Below the pieces are notes generated by a model, which saw only the letters and a list, made by a program, of their open reading frames with translations, searched no databases and was not told where the DNA came from. Made by a program: the position numbers and the translations under genes. This document shows, one piece after another, positions 36,305-46,670 of a stretch of DNA of 64,000 nt. Origin of the DNA: Candidatus Saccharimonadales bacterium (GTDB lineage: Bacteria > Patescibacteriota > Saccharimonadia > Saccharimonadales > 2-12-FULL-41-12); the NCBI GenBank assembly GCA_041600715.1, contig JBFIJM010000001.1:533425-597424 (forward strand), read 5' to 3'. Numbering within the stretch: position 1 is the stretch's first letter; each line of letters opens with the position of its first letter.

Positions 36305-37516
36305 TTATATTTTAACGTCTAAGGCCTTAAATTTCTCCAACAATACTAGCAGGGAGACGAGCGAAGCTACGACAAAAAGTATAGAAAGCCCTGTCTTGTC
36401 GTTCACAAAATAAAGTAGTCCAACTCCTAGTCCATAAAATAAGGCTCTTCCTAGCACCCCAAAAGCTTCCATCGAAGCAATATATACTATTCTTCTACCT
36501 GGTAAGTCGTCACATCTGTCATAGAACCCTTTATAGTAAGGCATCCTATACGCAGCGGAAACCCCCTCATGAGCAATATTTACCGCTAGAACTCCTGAAT
36601 AAGAACCAACGAATGGTCTTATGAGGAATAAAAATACATTGGCTGTTATCCCAGACTTAAGCAAGGCTCTTCCCTTATGGTCATCGACTACTTTTCCGTA
36701 AAATCTAGCCACTAATATAGCCATAATAATAGATACAGACGCAAGGCTACCGAGCTTTATATATGGATTATCAATAAGAATAAAAACTGCAGCAAACAGT
36801 GGCCATATCACTATGTGAGTGCTGTGTTCTATATCAATTGCGATGTATGACACATAGTCTCTCCATAAAGACCTCATCCTAAGGTCTTTAAAAGAAATCT
36901 TCTGGTTGGTTCTAGTTGGTTCGGCGGTAAAGAACAGGGGAACAGCCCCCATAAGCAAAATAACCCCGCCTACTACGAAGATATATTTAGGGTCTATAAA
37001 GTATGCGATTAATCCACCTGCAACTGGGCCGATCGCATTCCCTCCCTTCTCCATAATACTTAGCCAGCCAAGTTCTTTGCCACCATGATCACTATGTTTT
37101 ACCTTAGAAAAATCAACATGAAATGCTACAAAAAACATTGAGTGACCAAATGCCATTGTTAAACCAGCAAGTGCGAGAGCGACCCAGCTATAGCTCATCC
37201 CAGCAAACTGCGCCATTGTGATTATTTGGATCATGTAACTTAATAGCATGCTGTGCTTTGGGCCTATACGAGCCACTATGAGTCCGTTCACAAGGGCGAA
37301 TAAACCCCAGGCTGTCATCAGAACAGTAAAGAATGTCAGTATTTCCTGTATCGTAAATCCGAGAGTATAAAGATAGATAGGTATAAATATACCAACCAAA
37401 CTGCCAGCTAAACTCCTTAGCATCATGCTGGCGTATAACTCGCTTAGCTCATCAAAGCCAATAGTTCGCCAATAATGATGGCGGTGCGTTAAGCGATAAA
37501 TTAATCTTTTTAGCAT
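36305..37516 (-). CDS. MFS transporter
   Basis: About 12 TM, motif-A-like loops (ARIGPK, GKVVDDHKGR). Confidence 0.85.
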   Translation of the reverse strand: MLKRLIYRLTHRHHYWRTIGFDELSELYASMMLRSLAGSLVGIFIPIYLYTLGFTIQEILTFFTVLMTAWGLFALVNGLIVARIGPKHSMLLSYMIQIITMAQFAGMSYSWVALALAGLTMAFGHSMFFVAFHVDFSKVKHSDHGGKELGWLSIMEKGGNAIGPVAGGLIAYFIDPKYIFVVGGVILLMGAVPLFFTAEPTRTNQKISFKDLRMRSLWRDYVSYIAIDIEHSTHIVIWPLFAAVFILIDNPYIKLGSLASVSIIMAILVARFYGKVVDDHKGRALLKSGITANVFLFLIRPFVGSYSGVLAVNIAHEGVSAAYRMPYYKGFYDRCDDLPGRRIVYIASMEAFGVLGRALFYGLGVGLLYFVNDKTGLSILFVVASLVSLLVLLEKFKALDVKI

Positions 37517-37570
37517 ATTTTTGTTTGTGGTTTTTTACATCATACCACAAGAGAAGCTATACTATCTTTT

Positions 37571-38854
37571 ATGCATATCTACTTTTCAGGCATAGGGGGC
37601 ACTGCAATTGGTCCTTTGGCGCTCATTGCGAAGCAGGCAGGTTATAAAGTGTCAGGTTCTGACAAACAAGATTCTGAATATGTCCAATACTTACAGAAGA
37701 ATGGTATAGATAATATCCATATTGGTCAAAATACTGAGTCAATAGAGGCAGTTCATTCAGCTGGTCCAATCGACTGGATTGTTTTTTCATCAGCTGTGAC
37801 AATTGAGCACCCAGATCACCCCGAATTACTATTCGCTAAACAAAACAATATAAAAGTCAGTAAAAGAGACGATCTTTTAAACGAGATCATAACCCTAAAT
37901 CAAAAAAAACTCATAGCAATCGCTGGCACACACGGCAAAACCACAACAACGGCTATGCTCATCTGGCTACTCAAGAAACTTGAGATGCCTGTCAGTTATT
38001 CTGTGGGCGCTAAAATCCCGTTCGGCGACATGGGTCATTATGACGAGTCGTCCGAGTATTTTGTGTACGAATGCGACGAATTTGACCGTAACTTTTTAGC
38101 TTTTTATCCATACCTTAGCTTGATAACCGGGATTGATTATGACCACCATGAAATATTTCCTACGCTCGATGATTACAGGCAAGCTTTTAAGCAGTTTATA
38201 GGACAATCCACTCATAGTATTATCTGGCAGAGTGATGTTGATTCATGCAAAATTAATATTAATGATTCTAATACAATCATTAACGACAGTGACCCAGCCC
38301 TCAACTCACTAAGTTTGATCGGTGAAGTGAACCGCAGAAATGCATGGCAGGTGGTTCAAGCAGTACATAAATTAACAAATAAACCTACGGAACAACTGTC
38401 TAAGCTAATAGAAACATTCCCGGGTCTTAGTAGACGATTCGAGAAGATTAATCACTACAACTTATACAGCGATTACGCTCATACCCCCCCTAAAATAGCT
38501 GGTTGCCTTCAGCTGGCGCATGAAGTCTCAGAAAATGTAGTTGTAGTTTACGAACCCTTAACTAACCGACGCCAACACTATATCTTAAGCGACTACGCAC
38601 ATTTATTTGACGGTGTGAAGCGACTTTATTGGGCCCCAAGCTACCTCGCGCGAGAGGATCCTAACCAGCACGTCCTTACACCATCAGAACTTATAAAATA
38701 CATGAGTAATAAAGATATTGCCGAACCTGTAGAACTCAACGGTAAACTAAAAAATATCATTCAATCACATCTAGATGCCGGGGATACGGTGGTCTGCCTA
38801 TCCGGTGGGGGCGGTAACAGTCTCGATGAATGGCTCCGCTTTAACTTCAGTTAG
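37571..38854 (+). CDS. murC: UDP-N-acetylmuramate--L-alanine ligase (MurC-like)
   Basis: GIGG, GSD, AGTHGKTTTT, ECDE, DYDH, RRFE, DYAH.P. Confidence 0.85.
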   Translation: MHIYFSGIGGTAIGPLALIAKQAGYKVSGSDKQDSEYVQYLQKNGIDNIHIGQNTESIEAVHSAGPIDWIVFSSAVTIEHPDHPELLFAKQNNIKVSKRDDLLNEIITLNQKKLIAIAGTHGKTTTTAMLIWLLKKLEMPVSYSVGAKIPFGDMGHYDESSEYFVYECDEFDRNFLAFYPYLSLITGIDYDHHEIFPTLDDYRQAFKQFIGQSTHSIIWQSDVDSCKININDSNTIINDSDPALNSLSLIGEVNRRNAWQVVQAVHKLTNKPTEQLSKLIETFPGLSRRFEKINHYNLYSDYAHTPPKIAGCLQLAHEVSENVVVVYEPLTNRRQHYILSDYAHLFDGVKRLYWAPSYLAREDPNQHVLTPSELIKYMSNKDIAEPVELNGKLKNIIQSHLDAGDTVVCLSGGGGNSLDEWLRFNFS

Positions 38855-39296
38855 ACCAACCAAACTCGCTATATGTAACACCATCGATAATCTTTAAGAG
38901 AACGGCTTTCTGGGAATCTATGATCCGTACAGACTTGTAATCATCTGGATGCACCCAGACAAGTTCGCTATGAGCATCTGGTTCATTATTAGAAAGCTCA
39001 CCGCTCCAGTCAGTGACTTTGAAATACATATCTACCCAGTCGTTACCGTCCTGGCGACGATGCGCCACGTGCACTAATATTAAATCTTCAGGGTTAATTG
39101 TCACCCCCACTTCTTCATATGCCTCTCTTACAGCACTAATACTATAAGGCTCATCGTGCTCTAATTTTCCGGCTGGTACAGTATAAAAACCGCTCATCCA
39201 GCGATCACCCGTTCGTAGTAAAAGAGCCGTCTGCCCAGCTTCATTTTCAAATATAAGATAGCTGGCCCCGTACGGTGTAGCGATATCATATTTCAT
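38847..39296 (-). CDS. NUDIX hydrolase
   Basis: Nudix box PAGKLEHDE....AVREAYEEVG; NNEPD motif. Confidence 0.92.
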   Translation of the reverse strand: MKYDIATPYGASYLIFENEAGQTALLLRTGDRWMSGFYTVPAGKLEHDEPYSISAVREAYEEVGVTINPEDLILVHVAHRRQDGNDWVDMYFKVTDWSGELSNNEPDAHSELVWVHPDDYKSVRIIDSQKAVLLKIIDGVTYSEFGWSN

Positions 39297-39634
39297 CTAT
39301 TATCACCCCCGCCCTTAGTAACCCCTCGTGTTTTTCTGCTTAGAACTTTCTGAATGTTTGTTTCGGCTACTTCATTTAAATCTGACCCGATAAGCACAGA
39401 GACAGCGTTAACATACCATAAAATATCGCCCAACTCTTTGACTAGTTCCGTTTTATCGTCTTCTGATATTCGACCGGATTTATCACGAATTATTTTTTTG
39501 AATTTCTCAGCCACTTCACCACTTTCCCCTACCAAACCGAGTACTTGAGCCATTAACTCAGAGCTCACATCGCCATAGGTATGATCCTTCGTTAATGTAG
39601 TTATAGCTTGAGCTTGATATTCACTAAAATTCAT
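39293..39634 (-). CDS. MazG-like nucleoside triphosphate pyrophosphohydrolase
   Basis: LGLVGESGEVAEK.KK..RD, KELGDILWY, ends GGGDNR. Confidence 0.92.
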   Translation of the reverse strand: MNFSEYQAQAITTLTKDHTYGDVSSELMAQVLGLVGESGEVAEKFKKIIRDKSGRISEDDKTELVKELGDILWYVNAVSVLIGSDLNEVAETNIQKVLSRKTRGVTKGGGDNR

Positions 39635-39713
39635 ATAAATCCCTTTATCTTTATGCGCGCTTTGGTCTTCTCTGCTACTATAATTGTAACCGATGTAACA
39701 ACTCAGGTGGGAA

Positions 39714-40598
39714 ATGGACAGAATAATCTTCGAGAATATAGAGAAACTTTTTATTCGGTTTATCGATAATATAGGTGTTTGGCTCGGTGAGCACGGCTTA
39801 GAAATCGGGACGATACTTTTTTTTGCATGGCTGGTTCACAAGTATGGATCACGCTTAATAACAAGGTTACTCCGCGGTACTGTCCGACCCGACCTATACC
39901 CCACCAAATCTGACCGCGAGAAGAGAATAAGGACTCTAGACAGCTTAATCAATGCTGTAGTAAGAATCGGAATTTATATTGTTGCAGTCATTATGATTGT
40001 TACGGAGATTGGTGTTAATACAACGCCTCTACTAGCTAGTGCTGGGCTTATTGGAGTGGCTCTCGGCTTTGGTGCTCAGAGTCTTATAAAAGACTTTACT
40101 AGCGGTATATTTATCATTATAGATAATCAATATCGCGTCGGTGACTATATTCAGGTAGGTAACGACATTAGTGGAAAAGTAGAAAGCATCACCATACGCA
40201 CTACAGCACTCAGAAACTTAGACGGTAAACTATTCCACATACCTAATGGCTCCATCGAGTGGACTGCAAATATGACAATGAGCTACGCCGGTATCGATGA
40301 GAATATCGTCTTTCCAGGCGATGTAGATATAGAGAAACTTATTCTATTAATAAACAGAGTGGGCTTAAATCTAGCTAAAGATCCCGCCTACAAGAATAAG
40401 ATTAAGGAACCGCCCAGTTTCACTCGAGTTGTAGGTTTTGCGAGTGATGGCATAGAAGTAAAGATAAACGGCACTACTGGCAGTAATGATTCCTGGGAGA
40501 TAAAAGGCGCTTTCTATAAGAGCCTCATTAAAGAATTAAGAAAAGCTAACATTAGCATCCCATACCCTCAAATAACAGTTCATCAAGCAAAAAAGTAG
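39714..40598 (+). CDS. mscS: Small-conductance mechanosensitive channel
   Basis: LASAGL.GVALGFGAQSLIKD, QYRVGD, IPNG, IPYPQ. Confidence 0.92.
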   Translation: MDRIIFENIEKLFIRFIDNIGVWLGEHGLEIGTILFFAWLVHKYGSRLITRLLRGTVRPDLYPTKSDREKRIRTLDSLINAVVRIGIYIVAVIMIVTEIGVNTTPLLASAGLIGVALGFGAQSLIKDFTSGIFIIIDNQYRVGDYIQVGNDISGKVESITIRTTALRNLDGKLFHIPNGSIEWTANMTMSYAGIDENIVFPGDVDIEKLILLINRVGLNLAKDPAYKNKIKEPPSFTRVVGFASDGIEVKINGTTGSNDSWEIKGAFYKSLIKELRKANISIPYPQITVHQAKK

Positions 40599-40600
40599 CC

Positions 40601-40939
40601 TTAGCGAGGCAAAATCTGTACGTATACGGCCACGCCAATAAGCGCTGTGCATACAAATAACGCGAAAACTATAGCACCAGTAGTGCCTGCTGAGCGTTTT
40701 TTAGGTTTAGCAGGTTCCTCCACTGGAGGATTGCTAGTAATGGCCTGTTCATTCTTGCTTGGATCTTGCGCGACCATAGCCTGGTCAGACTGTGGCTTAG
40801 CTTTTGTAACCACGTCCATTACAGGGGGTATTGGAGGGGACGCTGGTACCTGTGACTGATTATTTGACGCTACACTCTCTGAGGTAGAAGATGGTGTCTC
40901 CGCTCCTTTAATAGGGGTGCTAACTATATCGTTCTGCAT
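40601..40939 (-). CDS. Hypothetical low-complexity protein with C-terminal TM
   Basis: Pro/Ser-rich, PVMDV motif, C-terminal hydrophobic helix. Confidence 0.7.
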   Translation of the reverse strand: MQNDIVSTPIKGAETPSSTSESVASNNQSQVPASPPIPPVMDVVTKAKPQSDQAMVAQDPSKNEQAITSNPPVEEPAKPKKRSAGTTGAIVFALFVCTALIGVAVYVQILPR

Positions 40940-41028
40940 AGCTAGATTGTAGCATAAGCAATATATTTAACTTAAGGCTTCTCGGTTTTTTAACTCAATT
41001 GTATGAAAAGTCGTCCTTATACTAATTT

Positions 41029-43317
41029 CTAGTAATAGTACCAGCGGTCAACACCGATTGTATTGGTAACATCAGTGATTTTCTTAGGTTCACCGCCTTT
41101 TAGACTCATAACGTAGTCTGCGGTTTCATCACCGTTGGCTACTCTGTACAAAATATGCTCTTCATCAAGCCAGCGCATTGGTGTTTTAATACCCGCCCCA
41201 GATCTAACTACAGTCTCTTTTCTAGTTGCATGATTATAAGAGATCAAAACACCCTTACCATCTCGCTCATCAATCCACAGACTTTGCTTATTACCAGGGC
41301 TAGCAACATATACGCGTGATTTCAACACAGAAGGCGGGCCAGGCGCTTTAGACAAGGCATCGGTTGCTAGCTCGAGATCAAACCAATCCTGACCGACAGA
41401 CACACTAACTGTGTCGTAGCTTGTCCTAAATAAGTTCCATACCTCTTTTTGATAAATGGTTTTCCTGTCCGTAGCGTCAGGATTGATCTTATACAAACCT
41501 ACAGATCCATTAACGTTATATTGTGCTGGACTATAGTAGATGGCACCGTTTACACTCAGCACATCATTGAAGTAATTTGTGCTGGCCAACTCACGTTCGC
41601 CCCCTCCACGTATATCGTAGCTCATTATTTTATGTCGATCCGTACTCTCCTGGCTAGCACCTTCTGTTGCTTTCACATATACCAGCCTATCGCCAATCCA
41701 ATCTATAATCTGGATCCGTTCCGATTGCGTTACCTTTGTTGACTCGTTTGTATCGAGATCAACAATTAGTAATGTAGAGAGCAAAAGCCCTTCTTTATTC
41801 CTTTTATTTTCTCTTGTAGATAGAAACGCCACAATATTTTTTGTACCATGTGACGCAACAGCTAATGCATCCTCGCGTTCTAACCCAGTTCCAGCAAGAA
41901 TTTTGGTTTCGCTACCTCCATCAATATCAGTTTTGTACAGATCAAATGTACCGCCACGTTTTGATACAAAGGCATGCGTCCTCGCAGGGACCATAGAGAC
42001 AGTGATTAGCTCTTGGCTAGAGGTTACTAATTCAACTTTTTTTGTTTTGTAGCTTTCTGCCTGCACCTCTACAATAATTTTCTCTTCTTCAATCCTAGGG
42101 ATAGTTAACACAGCTTCGCCTTTTTCATTCACTCTAGCGCTAGCCTCTCCGAAAGTCACAACACTATCAAGTATAGGTAGATCAGATAAAAAGTTCTTTA
42201 CAACAAATTGATACTGAGTGCCTGTAGGAGTTAGCTTTACTTCATCTAGAGGATTACTGCCCCAACCAAATGTAACCGTTCTTACTTGTTCGGCAAATGC
42301 TGGCTTCTTTACAGTCATTTGCTGTTCACCCAACCTAATGTTACCAACGGTTACATAACCTTCTGCGTCAGTTTTAGCCGACTGCCCGTCTACCGATAAC
42401 TCAACATTTTTTAGTGGCTGACTTGTTTTGGCGTCAATAACCCGTAGAGAAGTAGATGCACGTACCCCCGCATAATTAAGCAGGTAATATCTGTTAGATG
42501 GTACAGCAACAACAGCCCCTACACCTGCCAGTACGACAAATGCAGTTGCCCATCGGTATTTTGACTTAGTTGCCCATGCCCTAAAAAACGCTCCAAGTCC
42601 TTTGTTTTTCTTCTGGTTCTTTTTGGATGTTTTAACAAGAGGTGCTACTGCTTTTTTCTCATCCTCTGCAGCCAATATCTCATCTGCTTCATTAGCTATA
42701 ATAGCCTCAACAGCATGAGCTGTTTGCACGGTTTCTAGACCTAGCTCATCATCGTTCTCATTTACCTCAGGCTCGGGCAAGTCTAGTTCCTTAGCGACGA
42801 TTTCGGGTTCTGCCTCGATCGGCTCTAGATCAGTTGTCTGCTCTGTAGGTTCTATTTCAGGCTCTGAATCCTCTAACGTTTCAGCGTCTACGTCCTCAGG
42901 TTCACTATCGGTTTCAGCGACATCATCAACTACCTCTGGCTCGACTTCTTCAACTTCATTGGTTGCTTCTTCTGCGTCTGGTGTTTCTTCCTCGGCAACT
43001 TCAGCGTCCTCTGTTGGGAGTTCTGGTGCTGATCCTACTGCCTCTGTTTCGACTATTTCTTCTGGGGTATCCTCTACGTCATCCTTATGATCTACCACAC
43101 TGATAGATATAGGTAGTTTGTCTGAGGGGAGAAGCGGAGTGTCAGTCTCCCCATCCGGGGAGTCATCTGAATTATCAGACTTAGTATCCGGCTTTACCTT
43201 AGAATCTTGGGGAGATTCCTCCATATAGTCCTCTACTTTTTTCTCGAGCTCAGGATCTACCTGCTCTCCGCGGTAACTAAGGGGCTGACTTTCTTCTGGA
43301 GTGTTGGATTTTGCCAT
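41029..43317 (-). CDS. Bitopic protein: acidic cytoplasmic region, TM, carboxypeptidase-regulatory-like domains, TolB-like beta-propeller
   Basis: Glu/Asp-rich N-terminus, VID..T..PL..V...TDAEG motif, FVSKR.G..DLYK..IDG repeats. Confidence 0.75.
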   Translation of the reverse strand: MAKSNTPEESQPLSYRGEQVDPELEKKVEDYMEESPQDSKVKPDTKSDNSDDSPDGETDTPLLPSDKLPISISVVDHKDDVEDTPEEIVETEAVGSAPELPTEDAEVAEEETPDAEEATNEVEEVEPEVVDDVAETDSEPEDVDAETLEDSEPEIEPTEQTTDLEPIEAEPEIVAKELDLPEPEVNENDDELGLETVQTAHAVEAIIANEADEILAAEDEKKAVAPLVKTSKKNQKKNKGLGAFFRAWATKSKYRWATAFVVLAGVGAVVAVPSNRYYLLNYAGVRASTSLRVIDAKTSQPLKNVELSVDGQSAKTDAEGYVTVGNIRLGEQQMTVKKPAFAEQVRTVTFGWGSNPLDEVKLTPTGTQYQFVVKNFLSDLPILDSVVTFGEASARVNEKGEAVLTIPRIEEEKIIVEVQAESYKTKKVELVTSSQELITVSMVPARTHAFVSKRGGTFDLYKTDIDGGSETKILAGTGLEREDALAVASHGTKNIVAFLSTRENKRNKEGLLLSTLLIVDLDTNESTKVTQSERIQIIDWIGDRLVYVKATEGASQESTDRHKIMSYDIRGGGERELASTNYFNDVLSVNGAIYYSPAQYNVNGSVGLYKINPDATDRKTIYQKEVWNLFRTSYDTVSVSVGQDWFDLELATDALSKAPGPPSVLKSRVYVASPGNKQSLWIDERDGKGVLISYNHATRKETVVRSGAGIKTPMRWLDEEHILYRVANGDETADYVMSLKGGEPKKITDVTNTIGVDRWYYY

Positions 43318-43374
43318 AACTGTTTTTATTTTATATAAATAAGTGTTAGCAGTATAGCAAAAATTGTCTATTAG

Positions 43375-43944
43375 TTATAGTCGGCTGATTATCACGTCAG
43401 CAAATTTTTTTGTTTCTTCAAGAGTTCGTTCCGTAGGTACGCTCCCACCTGTCTGCAAGATATACCAGTTATTATCTTTCAAGATGTTTAATTGCCCAAA
43501 TTCGGAGTTCCAAAATGACGCATCGCCATATCCTTCTACATCCTGAACATTATCGGGTTTTGCCGGGCCGTTAAATACTTGGTTATTACTATCTGCACCA
43601 CTTTCTGTTTTGGCACTTCTAGCCAGCAAGCTAGCGTGTTTCTGCTTTGCTATATCTCCTAGCTCGACTGATGTTTGATACAAGCACTGAGTCACGTCAA
43701 TATCGTCACTAGAGGCATTGGCTCCAGGTAGCTCCTCAGGCTGTTCTGCTGTTTCACCCAGAACTTGTTTGGCGTCATTTATATCGAACAGCTCGCAGGC
43801 CGTTGCGACCACGAATGATGATGCTGAAGTTTTACTAGCTTTTTTATCTTTAAAGTCTTTCGATGTAGCGTTACTAACCAGTAATAAAACACCTACCAAA
43901 CCTACCGCAATTACTGTCCATAGAATTGTTTTTTTAGTGTGCAT
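43375..43944 (-). CDS. Secreted protein, DUF3558-like
   Basis: N-terminal TM, AC.L....A..LG, C.Y, V.G.GD.AFW. Confidence 0.65.
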   Translation of the reverse strand: MHTKKTILWTVIAVGLVGVLLLVSNATSKDFKDKKASKTSASSFVVATACELFDINDAKQVLGETAEQPEELPGANASSDDIDVTQCLYQTSVELGDIAKQKHASLLARSAKTESGADSNNQVFNGPAKPDNVQDVEGYGDASFWNSEFGQLNILKDNNWYILQTGGSVPTERTLEETKKFADVIISRL

Positions 43945-44007
43945 GCCTGCCCTCGTTATACTCTTGCTAGGTAGTGTACTCCTGGGTACGCATTGTCACA
44001 ATAGAAA

Positions 44008-45315
44008 TTATGGAGCTAAGCGGTTAATGTCTCTTGGGAACAGAGTCGCTTCTTTAACGTTGGCCAAGCCTACTGTCTTTTGGACTAACCTATCAATTCC
44101 AAACCCGCATCCGCCGTGTATTGGTAGACCATACTTAAACGCGCTCAAGTAAGCCCTGAAACCTTCATGTTCAGTATCTAACCCAGCTGACTTCATTTGG
44201 TCAATCATCTTTTGGTAGTTATTTTCACGTAAAGGGACTGTAGCGATTTCTAGGCCTCTAAACAGCAAGTCGCCCCATAGCACTGTGCCTTCATCGTCAA
44301 ATTTATGATAAAATTTGCCGGCTTCAGCTGGGAATTTCACAGCATAAACTAGGTCTGTGCCGAGCTGTTTACGTGCATAATCCGATATCCAACGTTCTTC
44401 GTCAGGGGTTAAATCTTTCTCACTTGTTGTATCGGTCTTAGTGGCCTTAGTGTACATCTCATGGATCTCGGCAATTGTAAATCTAGGCACTACAGCTTCT
44501 TCCAGCTTTAGCTCAGGAGCATTCAAGCTTTTTAAGTCAGCGGAGTGCTCATCATAAACCGCTTTAAGTACATGTTTAGTCATATTGCCGACCATGTCTA
44601 AAACTTCGTCGTGATCTATTACGAATCCCATTTCTATATCAAGCATCGTTAATTCTGTCAGATGCCTTGTTGTAGCACTCGGTTCTGCTCTGTACGAGTG
44701 GCCTATTTCATACACTCTCTCAAATGCTCCGACCATGATTTGTTTATAAAATTGGGGACTCTGAGCAAGCGTTGCAGTCTTCCCAAAATAATCGAGCGTG
44801 AATACTTCAGCGCCACCTTCTGTGGCTTCAGCTAGTAACTTAGGTGTATCAATTTCTATGAATTCGTTTTGATTCAAATACTCACGAATGTAGCGAGTTA
44901 AGCTTGCACGAATTCTAAAGATCTTTTGTTCTTGAATGTTACGAATATTTAAAACACGGTGTTCAAATAGTGTGTCTAAATGCTCAGATTTATGACTAAT
45001 TGGTTTATCGATTTCTATAGCTGGTTCATCCGTCACAGGCACCATTACGCTCAACGCCGGCTCATGGATCTCGGCGCCACCAGGTGCACGCTCTTCTTCT
45101 ATAACATTGCCTGTTATTTCTAACACCGTGCCTATTTGTAGGCCACGCAATTTTTCGATCTCATCTTTATTTTCTACCAGCACCTGTACTAGCCCGCGAC
45201 GATCACGAATAGTCAAAAAATTAAGGCCACCAAGCAGTCGCTTCTTATGTAACCATCCTTGAATCATGGCTTCTTTGCCTATGTGTTCTTTTAGTTCAGA
45301 ACTTAAAACTCTCAT
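44008..45315 (-). CDS. aspS: Aspartate--tRNA(Asp/Asn) ligase, short archaeal-type without GAD insertion
   Basis: OB fold, TEGGA, LAQSPQ.YKQ, RAEPS.TTRHL, GCGFGIDR, FPRD; 435 aa. Confidence 0.9.
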   Translation of the reverse strand: MRVLSSELKEHIGKEAMIQGWLHKKRLLGGLNFLTIRDRRGLVQVLVENKDEIEKLRGLQIGTVLEITGNVIEEERAPGGAEIHEPALSVMVPVTDEPAIEIDKPISHKSEHLDTLFEHRVLNIRNIQEQKIFRIRASLTRYIREYLNQNEFIEIDTPKLLAEATEGGAEVFTLDYFGKTATLAQSPQFYKQIMVGAFERVYEIGHSYRAEPSATTRHLTELTMLDIEMGFVIDHDEVLDMVGNMTKHVLKAVYDEHSADLKSLNAPELKLEEAVVPRFTIAEIHEMYTKATKTDTTSEKDLTPDEERWISDYARKQLGTDLVYAVKFPAEAGKFYHKFDDEGTVLWGDLLFRGLEIATVPLRENNYQKMIDQMKSAGLDTEHEGFRAYLSAFKYGLPIHGGCGFGIDRLVQKTVGLANVKEATLFPRDINRLAP

Positions 45316-45384
45316 ACTATTTACCTCATTATTATTTGTCTTCTAGGTTAGGATCTTTGCACCACACGCTCGAAAAGACTGAAC

Positions 45385-45435
45385 TTAAGCGTGTGTTTCG
45401 ATCCTAGGATTATTATCTTGTTGATGACACATCAT
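45385..45435 (-). CDS. Putative aspS leader peptide
   Basis: MMCHQQDNNPRIETHA*; GAT-AAT-AAT codons directly precede a long hairpin (45349-45406). Confidence 0.5.
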   Translation of the reverse strand: MMCHQQDNNPRIETHA

Positions 45436-45557
45436 AATTATCAATTATTATATCACACTAACAGAGAGGAGCTATTGACAAATTTAGAATTTTTTGTTAT
45501 TATAAAAGTAGATAGTAGCAAAATTAAAGATACTCTTTAACAGTGCTAGAACTAAGA

Positions 45558-46550
45558 CTACTGCTCTAGTTCGTCACCTAGACTTGTAGCATGGTCACGC
45601 ATGTCTTCATATACGTCTGACTCATCAACAATCCTTTGCCCTACGATCTGTTCTATGACATCTTCTATAGTAATAATCCCCACTACCTCAGAAAACTCAT
45701 TTCTTACAATGAATAAGTGATGTTTCGTACTGAGGAACTTCGCGAGCACCCGATTGAGTGGCTCATCAGCATGTACATAAAAAACGTCTGGGCTCATCAC
45801 ATTGCTTACAATCCCGCTAACACGCTTTTCTACTAAATCTTTGAGGTATAGTGTCCCGACAATCTCCTCGTCTTCTTTTCTTACCGGGAACCGCGAAAAA
45901 CCACTGTCGTGCAGTTCTGCTAGTAAAATTGGGCCGACTGGTTCTTCGGCACGAACAAACCTCACCACACTACGAGGCACCATATGATCAGCTACTTTTT
46001 TATCGCCAAACTTTAGGGTGTTAATAGCCATGTCAATTTCAGCTTTCTCGATTCGATTATTATGGACAGTCTTTTGATGTTCAAGTAGCGCAATCAGATC
46101 TTCCATCTCATAAATATCAGTGCTCTGAGTAGAGGGTTTAAACCTAGATATCGCTTGAGCAATACCGTTAGTATAGGGTCGAACTTTTACAAGAATCTTG
46201 GCGTAATAAGGTGCTATCTTTACTGCCATGCCCCTAAAAAACTTAAAATAACGCAAATGGACTGCAAAAACTAAAAATGAAGTCACAATAATTAAACCAA
46301 CAGCCGACACAAATGAAAGATTATTGGCAAATAATACGGCGGTACAGGCATAAATAATTAATGCCGGTATCCGCAACAATAACAGTGCTGTCCTGCCATG
46401 TCTCGCTACTTCGTGAATAAAGTGGGCGCGGTTATCTCCTGCTCTTGAGGCGCGCTTCAGTTCGATGATAGGGCGCTCTCCATAGATTGACGCCAGAGCA
46501 ACAAGAACCATCAGCACTACTAAACTTACAAACGTAATCAGTGCCACCAT
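45558..46550 (-). CDS. CNNM/CBS-domain protein
   Basis: N-terminal TMs, HMVPR, GFSRFPV, GIITIEDVIEQIVG. Confidence 0.88.
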   Translation of the reverse strand: MVALITFVSLVVLMVLVALASIYGERPIIELKRASRAGDNRAHFIHEVARHGRTALLLLRIPALIIYACTAVLFANNLSFVSAVGLIIVTSFLVFAVHLRYFKFFRGMAVKIAPYYAKILVKVRPYTNGIAQAISRFKPSTQSTDIYEMEDLIALLEHQKTVHNNRIEKAEIDMAINTLKFGDKKVADHMVPRSVVRFVRAEEPVGPILLAELHDSGFSRFPVRKEDEEIVGTLYLKDLVEKRVSGIVSNVMSPDVFYVHADEPLNRVLAKFLSTKHHLFIVRNEFSEVVGIITIEDVIEQIVGQRIVDESDVYEDMRDHATSLGDELEQ

Positions 46551-46670
46551 ATCCTAATAGTACTCCATAGTCGTGTTGCGACAAAACACTCTAGGTAACA
46601 GTTAATCCTGATAATTTGGTATGATATGTAATACAAATAGCACTCAACATGAGCTAACGAGGGAGTATGG

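Noticed and set aside
45316-45470. T-box riboswitch upstream of aspS
   Set aside because: No T-box consensus (GGTGGNACCGCG) and the leader is too short for stem I
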